NCBI GenBank assembly: GCA_964016885.1
Contig: OZ024741.1
Location: forward strand, 48,980,001 to 49,044,000
DNA from: Eledone cirrhosa
Lineage: Eukaryota
DNA: 64,000 bases
Direction of reading: 5' to 3'
The notes under the pieces are model-generated. The model was not told the origin of the DNA and did no database searches. It saw only the letters and a program-made list of their open reading frames with translations. Made by a program: the position numbers and the translations under genes. Shown here piece by piece: positions 13,901-30,100 of the stretch (position 1 is the stretch's first letter; the number at the start of each line of letters is the position of its first letter).

Positions 13901-14230
13901 ACTGTGATAATGTGGAGTTACTATACCAGTAGAAACTAGTCTATACTAGATCTATTACTGTGATAATGTGGAGTTACTATACCAGTAGAAACTAGTTTAT
14001 ACTAGATCTATTACTGTGATAATGTGGAGTTACTATACCAGTAGTAACTAGTCTAAACTAGATCTATTACTGTGATAATGTCGAGTTAATATACCAGTAG
14101 AAACTAGTCTATACTGGATCTATTACTGTGTTAATGTGGCGTTACTATACTAGTAGTAACTAGTCTATACTAGATCTATTACTGTGATAATGGGGAGTTA
14201 CTGTACCAGTAGTAACTAGTCTATACTAGA
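11000..14230. repeat. 25-monomer (1,400 bp) higher-order repeat, about 2.3 copies
   Basis: tattgctgtg 11041/12441/13841; actggatc 11313/12713/14113; aaacgagtct ~12201/13601; ctaaagtaga 12261/13661. Confidence 0.85.
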
Positions 14231-17200
14231 TCTAATACTGTGATAATATGGTGTTACACTACCAGTAGTAACTAGTCTATACTAGATCTATTACTGTGAT
14301 AATGGGGAGTTACTATACCAGTAGTAACTAGTCTATACTAGATTTATTACTGTGATAATGTGGAGTTACTATACCATTAGAAACTAGTTTATACTAGATC
14401 TATTACTGTTATAATGTGGAGTTACTGTACCAGTGGTAACTAGTCTATACTAGATCTAGTACTGTGATAATGTGGAGTTACTGTACCAGTAGTAACTAGT
14501 CTATACTAGATCTATTACTGTGATAATGTGGAGTTACTATACCATTAGAAACTAGTTTATAATAGATCTATTACTGCGATAATGTGGAGTTACTGTACCA
14601 GTAGTAACTAGTCTATACTAGATCTATTACTGTGATAATGTGGAGTTACTGTACCAGTAGTAACTAGTCTATACTAGATCTATTACTGTGATAATGTGGA
14701 GTTACTATACCATTAGAAACTAGTTTATACTAGATCTATTACTGTGATAATGTGGAGTTACACTACCAGTAGTAACTAGTCTATACTAGATCTATTACTG
14801 TGATAATGGGGAGTTACTATACCAGTAGAAACTAGTCTATACTAGATCTATTACTGTGATAATGTGGAGTTACTATACCAGTAGAAACTAGTTTATACTA
14901 GATCTATTACTGTGATAATGGGGAGTTACTATACCAGTAGTAACTAGTCTATAATAGATCTATTACTGTGATAATGGGGTGTTACTATACCAGTAGTAAC
15001 TAGTCTATACTAGATCTATTACTGTGATAATGGGGAGTTACTATACCAGTAGTAACTAGTTTATACTAGATCTATTACTGTGATAATGTGGAGTTACTAT
15101 ACCAGTAGAAACTAGTCTATACTAGATCTATTACTGTGATAATGGGGAGTTACTATACCAGTAGTAACTAGTCTAAACTAGATCTATTACTGTGATAATG
15201 TCGAGTTACTGTACCAGTAGTAACTAGTCTATACTAGATCTATTACTGTGATAATGTGGAGTTACTATACCAGTAGAAACTAGTCTATACTAGATCTATT
15301 ACTGTGATAATGGTGAGTTACTATACCAGTAGAAACTAGTCTATACTAGATCTATTACTGTGATTATGTGGAGTTACTATACCAGTAGAAACTAGTTTAT
15401 ACTAGATCTATTACTGTGATAATGTGGAGTTACTATACCAGTAGAAACTAGTTTATACTACATCTATTACTGTGATAATGTGGAGTTACACTACCAGTAG
15501 TAACTAGTCTATAATAGATCTATTACTGTGATAATGGGGAGTTACTATACCAGTAGTAACAAGTCTATACTAGATCTATTACTGTGATAATGGGGAGTTA
15601 CTATACCAGTAGTAACTAGTCTATAATAGATCTATTACTGTGATAATGGGGTGTTACTATACCAGTAGTAACTAGTGTATACTAGATCTATTACTGTGAT
15701 AACGTGGAGTTACTATACCATTAGTAACTAGTCTCAACTAGATCTATTACTGTGATAATGTCGAGTTACTATACCAGTAGAAACTAGTCTATACTAGATC
15801 TATTACTGTGATAATGGGGAGTTACTATACCAGTAGTAACTAGTCTAAACTAGATCTATTACTGTGATAATGTTGAATTACTGTACCAGTAGTAACTAGT
15901 CTATACTAGATCTATTACTGTGATAATGTGGAGTTACTATACCAGTAGAAACTAGTCTATACTAGATCTATTACTGTGATAATGGGGAGTTACTATACCA
16001 GTAGAAACTAGTCTATACTAGATCTATTGCTGTGATAATGTGGAGTTACTATACTAGTAGAAACTAGTTTATACTAGATCTATTACTGTGATAATGTGGA
16101 GTTACTATACCAGTAGAAACTAGTCTATACTAGATCTATTACTGTGATAATGTGGAGTTACTATACCAGTAGAAACTAGTTTATACTAGATCTATTACTG
16201 TGATAATGTGGAGTTACTATACCAGTAGTAACTAGTCTAAACTAGATCTATTACTGTGATAATGTCAAGTTAATATACCAGTAGAAACTAGTCTATACTG
16301 GATCTATTACTGTGTTAATGTGGCGCTACTATACTAGTAGTAACTAGTCTATACTAGATCTATTACTGTGATAATGTGGAGTTACTGTACCAGTAGTAAC
16401 TAGTCTATACTAGATCTAATACTGTGATAATATGGTGTTACACTACCAGTAGTAACTTGTCTATACTAGATCTATTACTGTGATAATGGGGAGTTACTAT
16501 ACCAGTAGTAACTAGTCTATACTAGATTTATTACTGTGATAATGTGGAGTTACTATACCATTAGAAACTAGTTTATACTAGATCTATTACTGTTATAATG
16601 TGGAGTTACTGTACCAGTGGTAACTAGTCTATACTAGATCTAGTACTGTGATAATGTGGAGTTACTGTACCAGTAGTAACTAGTCTATACTAGATCTATT
16701 ACTGTGATAATGTGGAGTTACTATACCATTAGAAACTAGTTTATAATAGATCTATTACTGCGATAATGTGGAGTTACTGTACCAGTAGTAACTAGTCTAT
16801 ACTAGATCTATTACTGTGATAATGTGGAGTTACTGTACCAGCAGTAACTAGTCTATACTAGATCTATTACTGTGATAATGTGGAGTTACTATACCATTAG
16901 AAACTAGTTTATACTAGATCTATTACTGTGATAATGTGGAGTTACACTACCAGTAGTAACTAGTCTATACTAGATCTATTACTGTGATAATGGGGAGTTA
17001 CTATACCAGTAGAAACTAGTCTATACTAGATCTATTGCTGTGATAATGTGGAGTTACTATACCAGTAGAAACTAGTTTATACTAGATCTATTACTGTGAT
17101 AATGTGGAGTTACTATACCAGTAGAAACTAGTCTATACTAGATCTATTACTGTGATAATGTGGAGTTACTATACCAGTAGAAACTAGTTTATACTAGATC

Positions 17201-20200
17201 TATTACTGTGATAATGTGGAGTTACTATACCAGTATTAACTAGTCTAAACTAGATCTATTACTGTGATAATGTCGAGTTAATATACCAGTAGAAACTAGT
17301 CTATACTGGATCTATTACTGTGTTAATGTGGCGTTACTATACTAGTAGTAACTAGTCTATACTAGATCTATTACTGTGATAATGGGGAGTTACTGTACCA
17401 GTAGTAACTAGTCTATACTAGATCTATTACTGTGATAATATGGTGTTACACTACCAGTAGTAACTAGTCTATACTAGATCTATTACTGTGATAATGGGGA
17501 GTTACTATACCAGTAATAACTAGTCTATAATAGATCTATTACTGCGATAATGTGGAGTTACTATACCAGTAGTAACTAGTCTATACTAGATCTATTACTG
17601 TTATAATGTGGAGTTACTGTACCAGTGGTAACTAGTCTATACTAGATCTATTACTGTGATAATGTGGAGTTACTGTACCAGTAGTAACTAGTCTATACTA
17701 GATCTATTACTGTGATAATGTGGAGTTACTATACCATTAGAAACTAGTTTATACTAGATCTATTACTGTGATAATGTGGAGTTACACTACCAGTAGTAAC
17801 TAGTCTATACTACATCTATTACTGTGATAATGGGGAGTTACTATACCAGTAGAAACTAGTCTATACTAGATCTATTACTGTGATAATGTGGAGTTACACT
17901 ACCAGTAGTAACTAGTTTATACTAGATCTAATACTGTGATAATGTGGAGTTACTATACCAGTAGAAACGAGTCTATACTAGATCTATTACTGTGATAATG
18001 TGGAGTTACTATACCAGTAGTAACTAGTCTAAAGTAGATCTATTACTGTGATAACGTTGAGTTACTGTACCAGTAGTAACTAGTCTATACTAGATCTATT
18101 ACTGTGATAATGTGGAGTTACTATACCAGTAGAAACTAGTCTATACTAGATCTATTACTGTGATAATGGGGAGTTACTATACCAGTAGAAACTAGTCTAT
18201 ACTAGATCTAATGCTGTGATAATGTGGAGTTACTATACCAGTAGAAACTAGTTTATACTAGATCTATTACTGTGATAATGTGGAGTTACTATACCAGTAG
18301 AAACTAGTCTATACTAGATCTATTACTGTGATAATGTGGAGTTACTATACCAGTAGAAACTAGTTTATACTAGATCTATTACTGTGATAATGTGGAGTTA
18401 CTATACCAGTAGTAACTAGTCTAAACTAGATCTATTACTGTGATAATGTCGAGTTAATATACCAGTAGAAACTAGTCTATACTGGATCTATTACTGTGTT
18501 AATGTGGCGTTACTATACTAGTAGTAACTAGTCTATACTAGATCTATTACTGTGATAATGGGGAGTTACTGTACCAGTAGTAACTAGTCTATACTAGATC
18601 TAATACTGTGATAATATGGTGTTACACTACCAGTAGTAACTAGTCTATACTAGATCTATTACTGTGATAATGGGGAGTTACTATACCAGTAGTAACTAGT
18701 CTATACTAGATTTATTACTGTGATAATGTGGAGTTACTATACCATTAGAAACTAGTTTATACTAGATCTATTACTGTTATAATGTGGAGTTACTGTACCA
18801 GTGGTAACTAGTCTATACTAGATCTAGTACTGTGATAATGTGGAGTTACTGTACCAGTAGTAACTAGTCTATACTAGATCTATTACTGTGATAATGTGGA
18901 GTTACTATACCATTAGAAACTAGTTTATAATAGATCTATTACTGCGATAATGTGGAGTTACTGTACCAGTAGTAACTAGTCTATACTAGATCTATTACTG
19001 TGATAATGTGGAGTTACTGTACCAGTAGTAACTAGTCTATACTAGATCTATTACTGTGATAATGTGGAGTTACTATACCATTAGAAACTAGTTTATACTA
19101 GATCTATTACTGTGATAATGTGGAGTTACACTACCAGTAGTAACTAGTCTATACTAGATCTATTACTGTGATAATGGGGAGTTACTATACCAGTAGAAAC
19201 TAGTCTATACTAGATCTATTACTGTGATAATGTGGAGTTACTATACCAGTAGAAACTAGTTTATACTAGATCTATTACTGTGATAATGGGGAGTTACTAT
19301 ACCAGTAGTAACTAGTCTATAATAGATCTATTACTGTGATAATGGGGTGTTACTATACCAGTAGTAACTAGTCTATACTAGATCTATTACTGTGATAATG
19401 GGGAGTTACTATACCAGTAGTAACTAGTTTATACTATATCTATTACTGTGATAATGTGGAGTTACTATACCAGTAGAAACTAGTCTATACTAGATCTATT
19501 ACTGTGATAATGTGGAGTTACTATACCAGTAGAAACTAGTCTATACTAGATCTATTACTGTGATTATGTGGAGTTACTATACCAGTAGAAACTAGTTTAT
19601 ACTAGATCTATTACTGTGATAATGTGGAGTTACTATACCAGTAGAAACTAGTTTATACTACATCTATTACTGTGATAATGTGGAGTTACACTACCAGTAG
19701 TAACTAGTCTATAATAGATCTATTACTGTGATAATGGGGAGTTACTATACCAGTAGTAACAAGTCTATACTAGATCTATTACTGTGATAATGGGGAGTTA
19801 CTATACCAGTAGTAACTAGTCTATAATAGATCTATTACTGTGATAATGGGGTGTTACTATACCAGTAGTAACTAGTGTATACTAGATCTATTACTGTGAT
19901 AACGTGGAGTTACTATACCATTAGTAACTAGTCTCAACTAGATCTATTACTGTGATAATGTCGAGTTACTATACCAGTAGAAACTAGTCTATACTAGATC
20001 TATTACTGTGATAATGGGGAGTTACTATACCAGTAGTAACTAGTCTAAACTAGATCTATTACTGTGATAATGTTGAATTACTGTACCAGTAGTAACTAGT
20101 CTATACTAGATCTATTACTGTGATAATGTGGAGTTACTATACCAGTAGAAACTAGTCTATACTAGATCTATTACTGTGATAATGGGGAGTTACTATACCA

Positions 20201-20530
20201 GTAGAAACTAGTCTATACTAGATCTATTGCTGTGATAATGTGGATTTACTATACTAGTAGAAACTAGTTTATACTAGATCTATTACTGTGATAATGTGGA
20301 GTTACTATACCAGTAGAAACTAGTCTATACTAGATCTATTACTGTGATAATGTGGAGTTACTATACCAGTAGAAACTAGTTTATACTAGATCTATTACTG
20401 TGATAATGTGGAGTTACTATACCAGTAGTAACTAGTCTAAACTAGATCTGTTACTGTGATAATGTCAAGTTAATATACCAGTAGAAACTAGTCTATACTG
20501 GATCTATTACTGTGTTAATGTGGCGTTACT
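13500..20530. repeat. Duplication with a 78/75-monomer offset (4,368/4,200 bp)
   Basis: ctaaagtaga 13661/18029 and tagatctagt 14451/18819 are +4368. tgattatgtg 15361/19561, actagtgtat 15671/19871 and gtctcaacta 15731/19931 are +4200. Confidence 0.8.
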
Positions 20531-23500
20531 ATACCAGTAGAAACTAGTTTATACTAGATCTATTACTGTGATAATGTGGAGTTACACTACCAGTAGTAAC
20601 TAGTCTATATTAGATCTACAACTGGGATAATGTGGAGTTACTATACCAGTAGTAACTAGTCTATACTAGATCTATTACTGTGATAATGGGGTGTTACTAT
20701 ACCAGTAGTAACTAATCTATACTAGATCTATTTCTGTGATAATGAAGAGTTACTATACCAGTAGTAACTAGTCTTAACTAGATCTATTACTGTGATAATG
20801 TGGAGTTACTATACCAGTAGTAACTAGTCTATACTAGATCTATTACTGTGATAATGAAGAATTACTATACCAGTAGTAACTAGTCTATACTAGATCTATT
20901 ACTGGGATAATGTGGAGTTACTATACCAGTAGTAACTAGTCTATTCTAGATCTATTACTGTGATAATGGGGAGTTACTATACCAGTAGATACTAGTCTAT
21001 AATAGATCTATTACTGTTAAAACGTGGAGTTACACTACTAGTAGTAACTAGTCTAAACTAGATCTATTACAGTGATAATGTGGAGTTACTATACCAGTAG
21101 TAACTAGTCTATACTAGATCTATTACTGTGATAGTATGGAGTTACACTACCAGTAGTAACTAGTCTATAATAGATCTATTACTGTGATAATGGGGTGTTA
21201 CTATACCAGTAGTAACTAGTCTATACTAGATCTATTACTGTGATAACGTGGAGTTACTATACCAGTAGTAACTAGTTTATACTAGATCTATTACTGTGAT
21301 AATATGGAGTTACACTACCAGTAGTAACTAGTCTATACTAGATCTATTACTGTGATAATGGGGAGTTACTATACCAGTAGTAACTAGTCTATAATAGATC
21401 TATTACTGTGATAATGTGGAGTTACTGTACCAGTAGTAACTAGTCTATACTAGATCTATTACTGCGATAATGTGGAGTTACTATACCAGTAGAAACTAGT
21501 CTATACTAGATCTATTACTGTGATAATGGGGAGTTACCATACCAGTAGTAACTAGTTTATACTAGATCTATTACTGTGATAATGTGGAGTTACTATACCA
21601 GTAGAAACTAGTCTATGCTAGATCTATTACTGTGATAATGGGGAGTTACTATACCAGTAGTAACTAGTCTAAACTAGATCTATTACTGTGATAATGTCGA
21701 GTTACTGTACCAGTAGTAACTAGTCTATACTAGATCTATTACTGTGATATTGTGGAGTTACTATACCAGTAGAAACTAGTCTATACTAGATCTATTACTG
21801 TGATAATGGTGAGTTACTATACCAGTAGAAACTAGTCTATACTAGATCTATTACTGTGATAATGTGGAGTTACTATACCAGTAGAAACTAGTTTATACTA
21901 GATCTATTACTGTGATAATGGGGTGTTACTATACCAGTAGTAACTAGTCTATAATAGATCTATTACTGTGATAATGTGGAGTTACTGTACCAGTAGTAAC
22001 TAGTCTATACTAGATCTATTACTGCGATAACGTGGAGTTACTATACCAGTAGTAACTACTCTATACTAGATCTATTACAGTGATAATGGGGAGTTACTAT
22101 ACCAGTAGTAACTAGTCTATACTAGAACTATTACTGTGATAACGTGGAGTTACTATACCAGTAGTAACTAGTTTATACTAGATCTATTACTGTGATAATA
22201 TGGAGTTACACTACCAGTAGTAACTAGTCTATACTAGATCTATTACTGTGATAATGGGGAGTTACTATACCAGTAGTAACTAGTCTATAATAGATCTATT
22301 ACTGTGATAATGTGGAGTTACTGTACCAGTAGTAACTAGTCTATACTAGATCTATTACTGCGATAATGTGGAGTTATTATACCAGTAGAAACTAGTCTAT
22401 ACTAGATCTATTACTGTGATAATGTGGAGTTACTATACCAGTAGAAACTAGTCTATACTAGATCTATTACTGTGATAATGGGGAGTTACTATACCAGTAG
22501 TAACTAGTTTATACTAGATCTATTACTGTGATAATGTGGAGTTACTATACCAGTAGAAACTAGTCTATGCTAGATCTATTACTGTGATAATGGGGAGTTA
22601 CTATACCAGTAGTAACTAGTCTAAACTAGATCTATTCCTGTGATAATGTCGAGTTACTGTACCAGTAGTAACTAGTCTATACTAGATCTATTACTGTGAT
22701 AATGTGGAGTTACTATACCAGTAGAAACTAGTCTATACTAGATCTATTACTGTGATAATGGTGAGTTACTATACCAGTAGAAACTAGTCTATACTAGATC
22801 TATTACTGTGATAATGTGGAGTTACTATACCAGTAGAAACTAGTTTATACTAGATCTATTACTGTGATAATGGGGTGTTACTATACCAGTAGTAACTAGT
22901 CTATAATAGATCTATTACTGTGATAATGTGGAGTTACTGTACCAGTAGTAACTAGTCTATACTAGATCTATTACTGCGATAACGTGGAGTTACTATACCA
23001 GTAGTAACCACTCTATACTAGATCTATTACAGTGATAATGTGGAGTTACTATACCAGTAGTAACTAGTCTATACTAGATCTATTACTGTGATAGTATGGA
23101 GTTACACTACCAGTAGTAACTAGTCTATAATAGATCTATTACTGTGATAATGGGGTGTTACTATACCAGTAGTAACTAGTCTATACTAGATCTATTACTG
23201 TGATAACGTGGAGTTACTATACCAGTAGTAACTAGTTTATACTAGATCTATTACTGTGATAATATCGAGTTACACTACCAGTAGTAACTAGTCTATACTA
23301 GATCTATTACTGTGATAATGGGGAGTTACTATACCAGTAGTAACTAGTCTATAATAGATCTATTACTGTGATAATGTGGAGTTACTGTACCAGTAGTAAC
23401 TAGTCTATACTAGATCTATTACTGTGATAATGGGGTGTTACTATACCAGTAGTAACTAGTGTATACTAGATCTATTACTGTGATAACGTGGAGTTACTAT

Positions 23501-26500
23501 ACCATTAGTAACTAGTCTCAACTAGATCTATTACTGTGATAATGTCGAGTTACTATACCAGTAGAAACTAGTCTATACTAGATCTATTACTGTGATAATG
23601 GGGAGTTACTATACCAGTAGTAACTAGTCTAAACTAGATCTATTACTGTGATAATGTTGAATTACTGTACCAGTAGTAACTAGTCTATACTAGATCTATT
23701 ACTGTGATAATGTGGAGTTACTATACCAGTAGAAACTAGTCTATACTAGATCTATTACTGTGATAATGGGGAGTTACTATACCAGTAGAAACTAGTCTAT
23801 ACTAGATCTATTGCTGTGATAATGTGGATTTACTATACTAGTAGAAACTAGTTTATACTAGATCTATTACTGTGATAATGTGGAGTTACTATACCAGTAG
23901 AAACTAGTCTATACTAGATCTATTACTGTGATAATGTGGAGTTACTATACCAGTAGAAACTAGTTTATACTAGATCTATTACTGTGATAATGTGGAGTTA
24001 CTATACCAGTAGTAACTAGTCTAAACTAGATCTGTTACTGTGATAATGTCAAGTTAATATACCAGTAGAAACTAGTCTATACTGGATCTATTACTGTGTT
24101 AATGTGGCGTTACTATACCAGTAGAAACTAGTTTATACTAGATCTATTACTGTGATAATGTGGAGTTACACTACCAGTAGTAACTAGTCTATATTAGATC
24201 TACAACTGGGATAATGTGGAGTTACTATACCAGTAGTAACTAGTCTATACTAGATCTATTACTGTGATAATGGGGTGTTACTATACCAGTAGTAACTAAT
24301 CTATACTAGATCTATTTCTGTGATAATGAAGAGTTACTATACCAGTAGTAACTAGTCTTAACTAGATCTATTACTGTGATAATGTGGAGTTACTATACCA
24401 GTAGTAACTAGTCTATACTAGATCTATTACTGTGATAATGAAGAATTACTATACCAGTAGTAACTAGTCTATACTAGATCTATTACTGGGATAATGTGGA
24501 GTTACTATACCAGTAGTAACTAGTCTATTCTAGATCTATTACTGTGATAATGGGGAGTTACTATACCAGTAGATACTAGTCTATAATAGATCTATTACTG
24601 TTAAAACGTGGAGTTACACTACTAGTAGTAACTAGTCTAAACTAGATCTATTACAGTGATAATGTGGAGTTACTATACCAGTAGTAACTAGTCTATACTA
24701 GATCTATTACTGTGATAGTATGGAGTTACACTACCAGTAGTAACTAGTCTATAATAGATCTATTACTGTGATAATGGGGTGTTACTATACCAGTAGTAAC
24801 TAGTCTATACTAGATCTATTACTGTGATAACGTGGAGTTACTATACCAGTAGTAACTAGTTTATACTAGATCTATTACTGTGATAATATGGAGTTACACT
24901 ACCAGTAGTAACTAGTCTATACTAGATCTATTACTGTGATAATGGGGAGTTACTATACCAGTAGTAACTAGTCTATAATAGATCTATTACTGTGATAATG
25001 TGGAGTTACTGTACCAGTAGTAACTAGTCTATACTAGATCTATTACTGCGATAATGTGGAGTTACTATACCAGTAGAAACTAGTCTATACTAGATCTATT
25101 ACTGTGATAATGGGGAGTTACCATACCAGTAGTAACTAGTTTATACTAGATCTATTACTGTGATAATGTGGAGTTACTATACCAGTAGAAACTAGTCTAT
25201 GCTAGATCTATTACTGTGATAATGGGGAGTTACTATACCAGTAGTAACTAGTCTAAACTAGATCTATTACTGTGATAATGTCGAGTTACTGTACCAGTAG
25301 TAACTAGTCTATACTAGATCTATTACTGTGATATTGTGGAGTTACTATACCAGTAGAAACTAGTCTATACTAGATCTATTACTGTGATAATGGTGAGTTA
25401 CTATACCAGTAGAAACTAGTCTATACTAGATCTATTACTGTGATAATGTGGAGTTACTATACCAGTAGAAACTAGTTTATACTAGATCTATTACTGTGAT
25501 AATGGGGTGTTACTATACCAGTAGTAACTAGTCTATAATAGATCTATTACTGTGATAATGTGGAGTTACTGTACCAGTAGTAACTAGTCTATACTAGATC
25601 TATTACTGCGATAACGTGGAGTTACTATACCAGTAGTAACTACTCTATACTAGATCTATTACAGTGATAATGGGGAGTTACTATACCAGTAGTAACTAGT
25701 CTATACTAGAACTATTACTGTGATAACGTGGAGTTACTATACCAGTAGTAACTAGTTTATACTAGATCTATTACTGTGATAATATGGAGTTACACTACCA
25801 GTAGTAACTAGTCTATACTAGATCTATTACTGTGATAATGGGGAGTTACTATACCAGTAGTAACTAGTCTATAATAGATCTATTACTGTGATAATGTGGA
25901 GTTACTGTACCAGTAGTAACTAGTCTATACTAGATCTATTACTGCGATAATGTGGAGTTATTATACCAGTAGAAACTAGTCTATACTAGATCTATTACTG
26001 TGATAATGTGGAGTTACTATACCAGTAGAAACTAGTCTATACTAGATCTATTACTGTGATAATGGGGAGTTACTATACCAGTAGTAACTAGTTTATACTA
26101 GATCTATTACTGTGATAATGTGGAGTTACTATACCAGTAGAAACTAGTCTATGCTAGATCTATTACTGTGATAATGGGGAGTTACTATACCAGTAGTAAC
26201 TAGTCTAAACTAGATCTATTCCTGTGATAATGTCGAGTTACTGTACCAGTAGTAACTAGTCTATACTAGATCTATTACTGTGATAATGTGGAGTTACTAT
26301 ACCAGTAGAAACTAGTCTATACTAGATCTATTACTGTGATAATGGTGAGTTACTATACCAGTAGAAACTAGTCTATACTAGATCTATTACTGTGATAATG
26401 TGGAGTTACTATACCAGTAGAAACTAGTTTATACTAGATCTATTACTGTGATAATGGGGTGTTACTATACCAGTAGTAACTAGTCTATAATAGATCTATT

Positions 26501-27000
26501 ACTGTGATAATGTGGAGTTACTGTACCAGTAGTAACTAGTCTATACTAGATCTATTACTGCGATAACGTGGAGTTACTATACCAGTAGTAACCACTCTAT
26601 ACTAGATCTATTACAGTGATAATGTGGAGTTACTATACCAGTAGTAACTAGTCTATACTAGATCTATTACTGTGATAGTATGGAGTTACACTACCAGTAG
26701 TAACTAGTCTATAATAGATCTATTACTGTGATAATGGGGTGTTACTATACCAGTAGTAACTAGTCTATACTAGATCTATTACTGTGATAACGTGGAGTTA
26801 CTATACCAGTAGTAACTAGTTTATACTAGATCTATTACTGTGATAATATCGAGTTACACTACCAGTAGTAACTAGTCTATACTAGATCTATTACTGTGAT
26901 AATGGGGAGTTACTATACCAGTAGTAACTAGTCTATAATAGATCTATTACTGTGATAATGTGGAGTTACTGTACCAGTAGTAACTAGTCTATACTAGATC
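19830..27000. repeat. 64-monomer (3,584 bp) tandem duplication, apparently near-identical copies
   Basis: actagtgtat 19871/23455, tagtctatattagatctacaactggg 20601/24185, ttaaaacgtgg 21017/24601, ccactctat 23009/26593 and atatcgag 23262/26846, all +3584. Confidence 0.9.
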
Positions 27001-27169
27001 TATTACTGCGATAATGTGGAGTTACTATACCAGTAGAAACTAGTCTATACTAGATCTATTACTGTGATAATGGGGAGTTACCATACCAGTAGTAACTAGT
27101 TTATACTAGATCTATTACTGTGATAATGTGGAGTTACTATACCAGTAGAAACTAGTCTATGCTAGATCT

Positions 27170-30100
27170 ATTACTGTGATAATGGGGAGTTACTATACCA
27201 GTAGTAACTAGTCTAAACTAGATCTATTACTGTGATAATGTCGAGTTACTGTACCAGTAGTAACTAGTCTATACTAGATCTATTACTGTGATATTGTGGA
27301 GTTACTATACCAGTAGAAACTAGTCTATACTAGATCTATTACTGTGATAATGGTGAGTTACTATACCAGTAGAAACTAGTCTATACTAGATCTATTACTG
27401 TGATAATGTGGAGTTACTATACCAGTAGAAACTAGTTTATACTAGATCTATTACTGTGATAATGGGGTGTTACTATACCAGTAGTAACTAGTCTATAATA
27501 GATCTATTACTGTGATAATGTGGAGTTACTGTACCAGTAGTAACTAGTCTATACTAGATCTATTACTGCGATAACGTGGAGTTACTATACCAGTAGTAAC
27601 TACTCTATACTAGATCTATTACAGTGATAATGGGGAGTTACTATACCAGTAGTAACTAGTCTATACTAGAACTATTACTGTGATAACGTGGAGTTACTAT
27701 ACCAGTAGTAACTAGTTTATACTAGATTTATTACTGTGATAATATGGAGTTACACTACCAGTAGTAACTAGTCTATACTAGATCTATTACTGTGATAATG
27801 GGGAGTTACTATACCAGTAGTAACTAGTCTATACTAGATCTATTACTGCGATAATGTGGAGTTATTATACCAGTAGAAACTAGTCTATACTAGATCTATT
27901 ACTGTGATAATGTGGAGTTACTATACCAGTAGAAACTAGTCTATACTAGATCTATTACTGTGATAATGGGGAGTTACTATACCAGTAGTAACTAGTTTAT
28001 ACTAGATCTATTACTGTGATAATGTGGAGTTACTATACCAGTAGAAACTAGTCTATGCTAGATCTATTACTGTGATAATGGGGAGTTACTATACCAGTAG
28101 TAACTAGTCTAAACTAGATCTATTACTGTGATAATGTCGAGTTACTGTACCAGTAGTAACTAGTCTATACTAGATCTATTACTGTGATAATGTGGAGTTA
28201 CTATACCAGTAGAAACTAGTCTATACTAGATCTATTACTGTGATAATGGTGAGTTACTATACCAGTAGAAACTAGTCTATACTAGATCTATTACTGTGAT
28301 AATGTGGAGTTACTATACCAGTAGAAACTAGTTTATACTAGATCTATTACTGTGATAATGGGGTGTTACTATACCAGTAGTAACTAGTCTATAATAGATC
28401 TATTACTGTGATAATGTGGAGTTACTGTACCAGTAGTAACTAGTCTATACTACATCTATTACTGCGATAACGTGGAGTTACTATACCAGTAGTAACTACT
28501 CTATACTAGATCTATTACAGTGATAATGGGGAGTTACTATACCAGTAGTAACTAGTCTATACTAGAACTATTACTGTGATAATGTCGAGTTACTATACCA
28601 GTAGAAACTAGTTTATACTAGATCTATTACTGTGATAATGTGGAGTTATACTACCAGTAGTAACTAGTCTATACTAGATCTTTTACTGTGATAATGGGGA
28701 GTTACTATACCAGTAGAAACTAGTCTATACTAGATCTATTACTGTGATAATGTGGAGTTACTATACCAGTAGAAACTAGTTTATACTACATCTATTACTG
28801 TGATAATGTGGAGTTACACTACCAGTAGTAACTAGTCTATACTAGATCTATTACTGTGATAATGTGGAGTTACTATACCAGTAGAAACTAGTCTATACTA
28901 GATCTATTACTGTGATAATGGGGAGTTACTATACCAGTAGAAACTAGTCTATACTAGATCTATTGCTGTGATAATGTGGAGTTACTATACCAGTAGAAAC
29001 TAATTTATACTAGATCTATTACTGTGATAATGTGGAGTTACTATACCAGTAGAAACTAGTCTATACTAGATCTATTACTGTGATAATGTGGAGTTACTAT
29101 ACCAGTAGAAACTAGTTTATACTAGATCTATTACTGTGATAATGTGGAGTTACTATACCAGTAGTAACTAGTCTAAACTAGATCTATTACTGTGATAATG
29201 TCGAGTTAATATACCAGTAGAAACTAGTCTATACTGGATCTATTACTGTGTTAATGTGGCGTTACTATACTAGTAGTAACTAGTCTATACTAGATCTATT
29301 ACTGTGATAATGGGGAGTTACTGTACAAGTAGTAACTAGTCTATACTAGATCTATTACTGTGATAATATGGTATTACACTACCAGTAGTAACTAGTCTAT
29401 ACTAGATCTATTACTGTGATAATGGGGAGTTACTATACCAGTAGTAACTAGTCTATAATAGATCTATTACTGTGATAATGTGGAGTTACTGTACCAGTAG
29501 TAACTAGTCTATACTAGATCTATTACTGCGATAATGTGGAGTTACTATACCAGTAGTAACTAGACTATACTAGATCTATTACTGTGATAATGTGGAGTTA
29601 CTATACCATTAGAAACTAGTTTATACTAGATCTATTACTGTTATAATGTGGAGTTACTGTACCAGTAGTAACTAGTCTATACTAGATCTATTACTGTGAT
29701 AATGTGGAGTTACTGTACCAGTAGTAACTAGTCTATACTAGATCTATTACTGTGATAATGTGGAGTTACTATACCATTAGAAACTAGTTTATACTAGATC
29801 TATTACTGCGATAATGTGGAGTTACTGTACCACTAGTAACTAATCTATACTAGATCTATTACTGTGATAATGTGGAGTTACTGTACCAGTAGTAACCAGT
29901 CTATACTAGATCTATTACTGTGATAATGTGGAGTTACTATACCATTAGAAACTAGTTTATACTAGATCTATTACTGTGATAATGTGGAGTTACACTACCA
30001 GTAGTTACTAGTGTATACTAGATCTATTACTGTGATAATGGGGAGTTACTATACCAGTAGAAACTAGTCTATACTAGATCTATTACTGTGATAATGTGGA

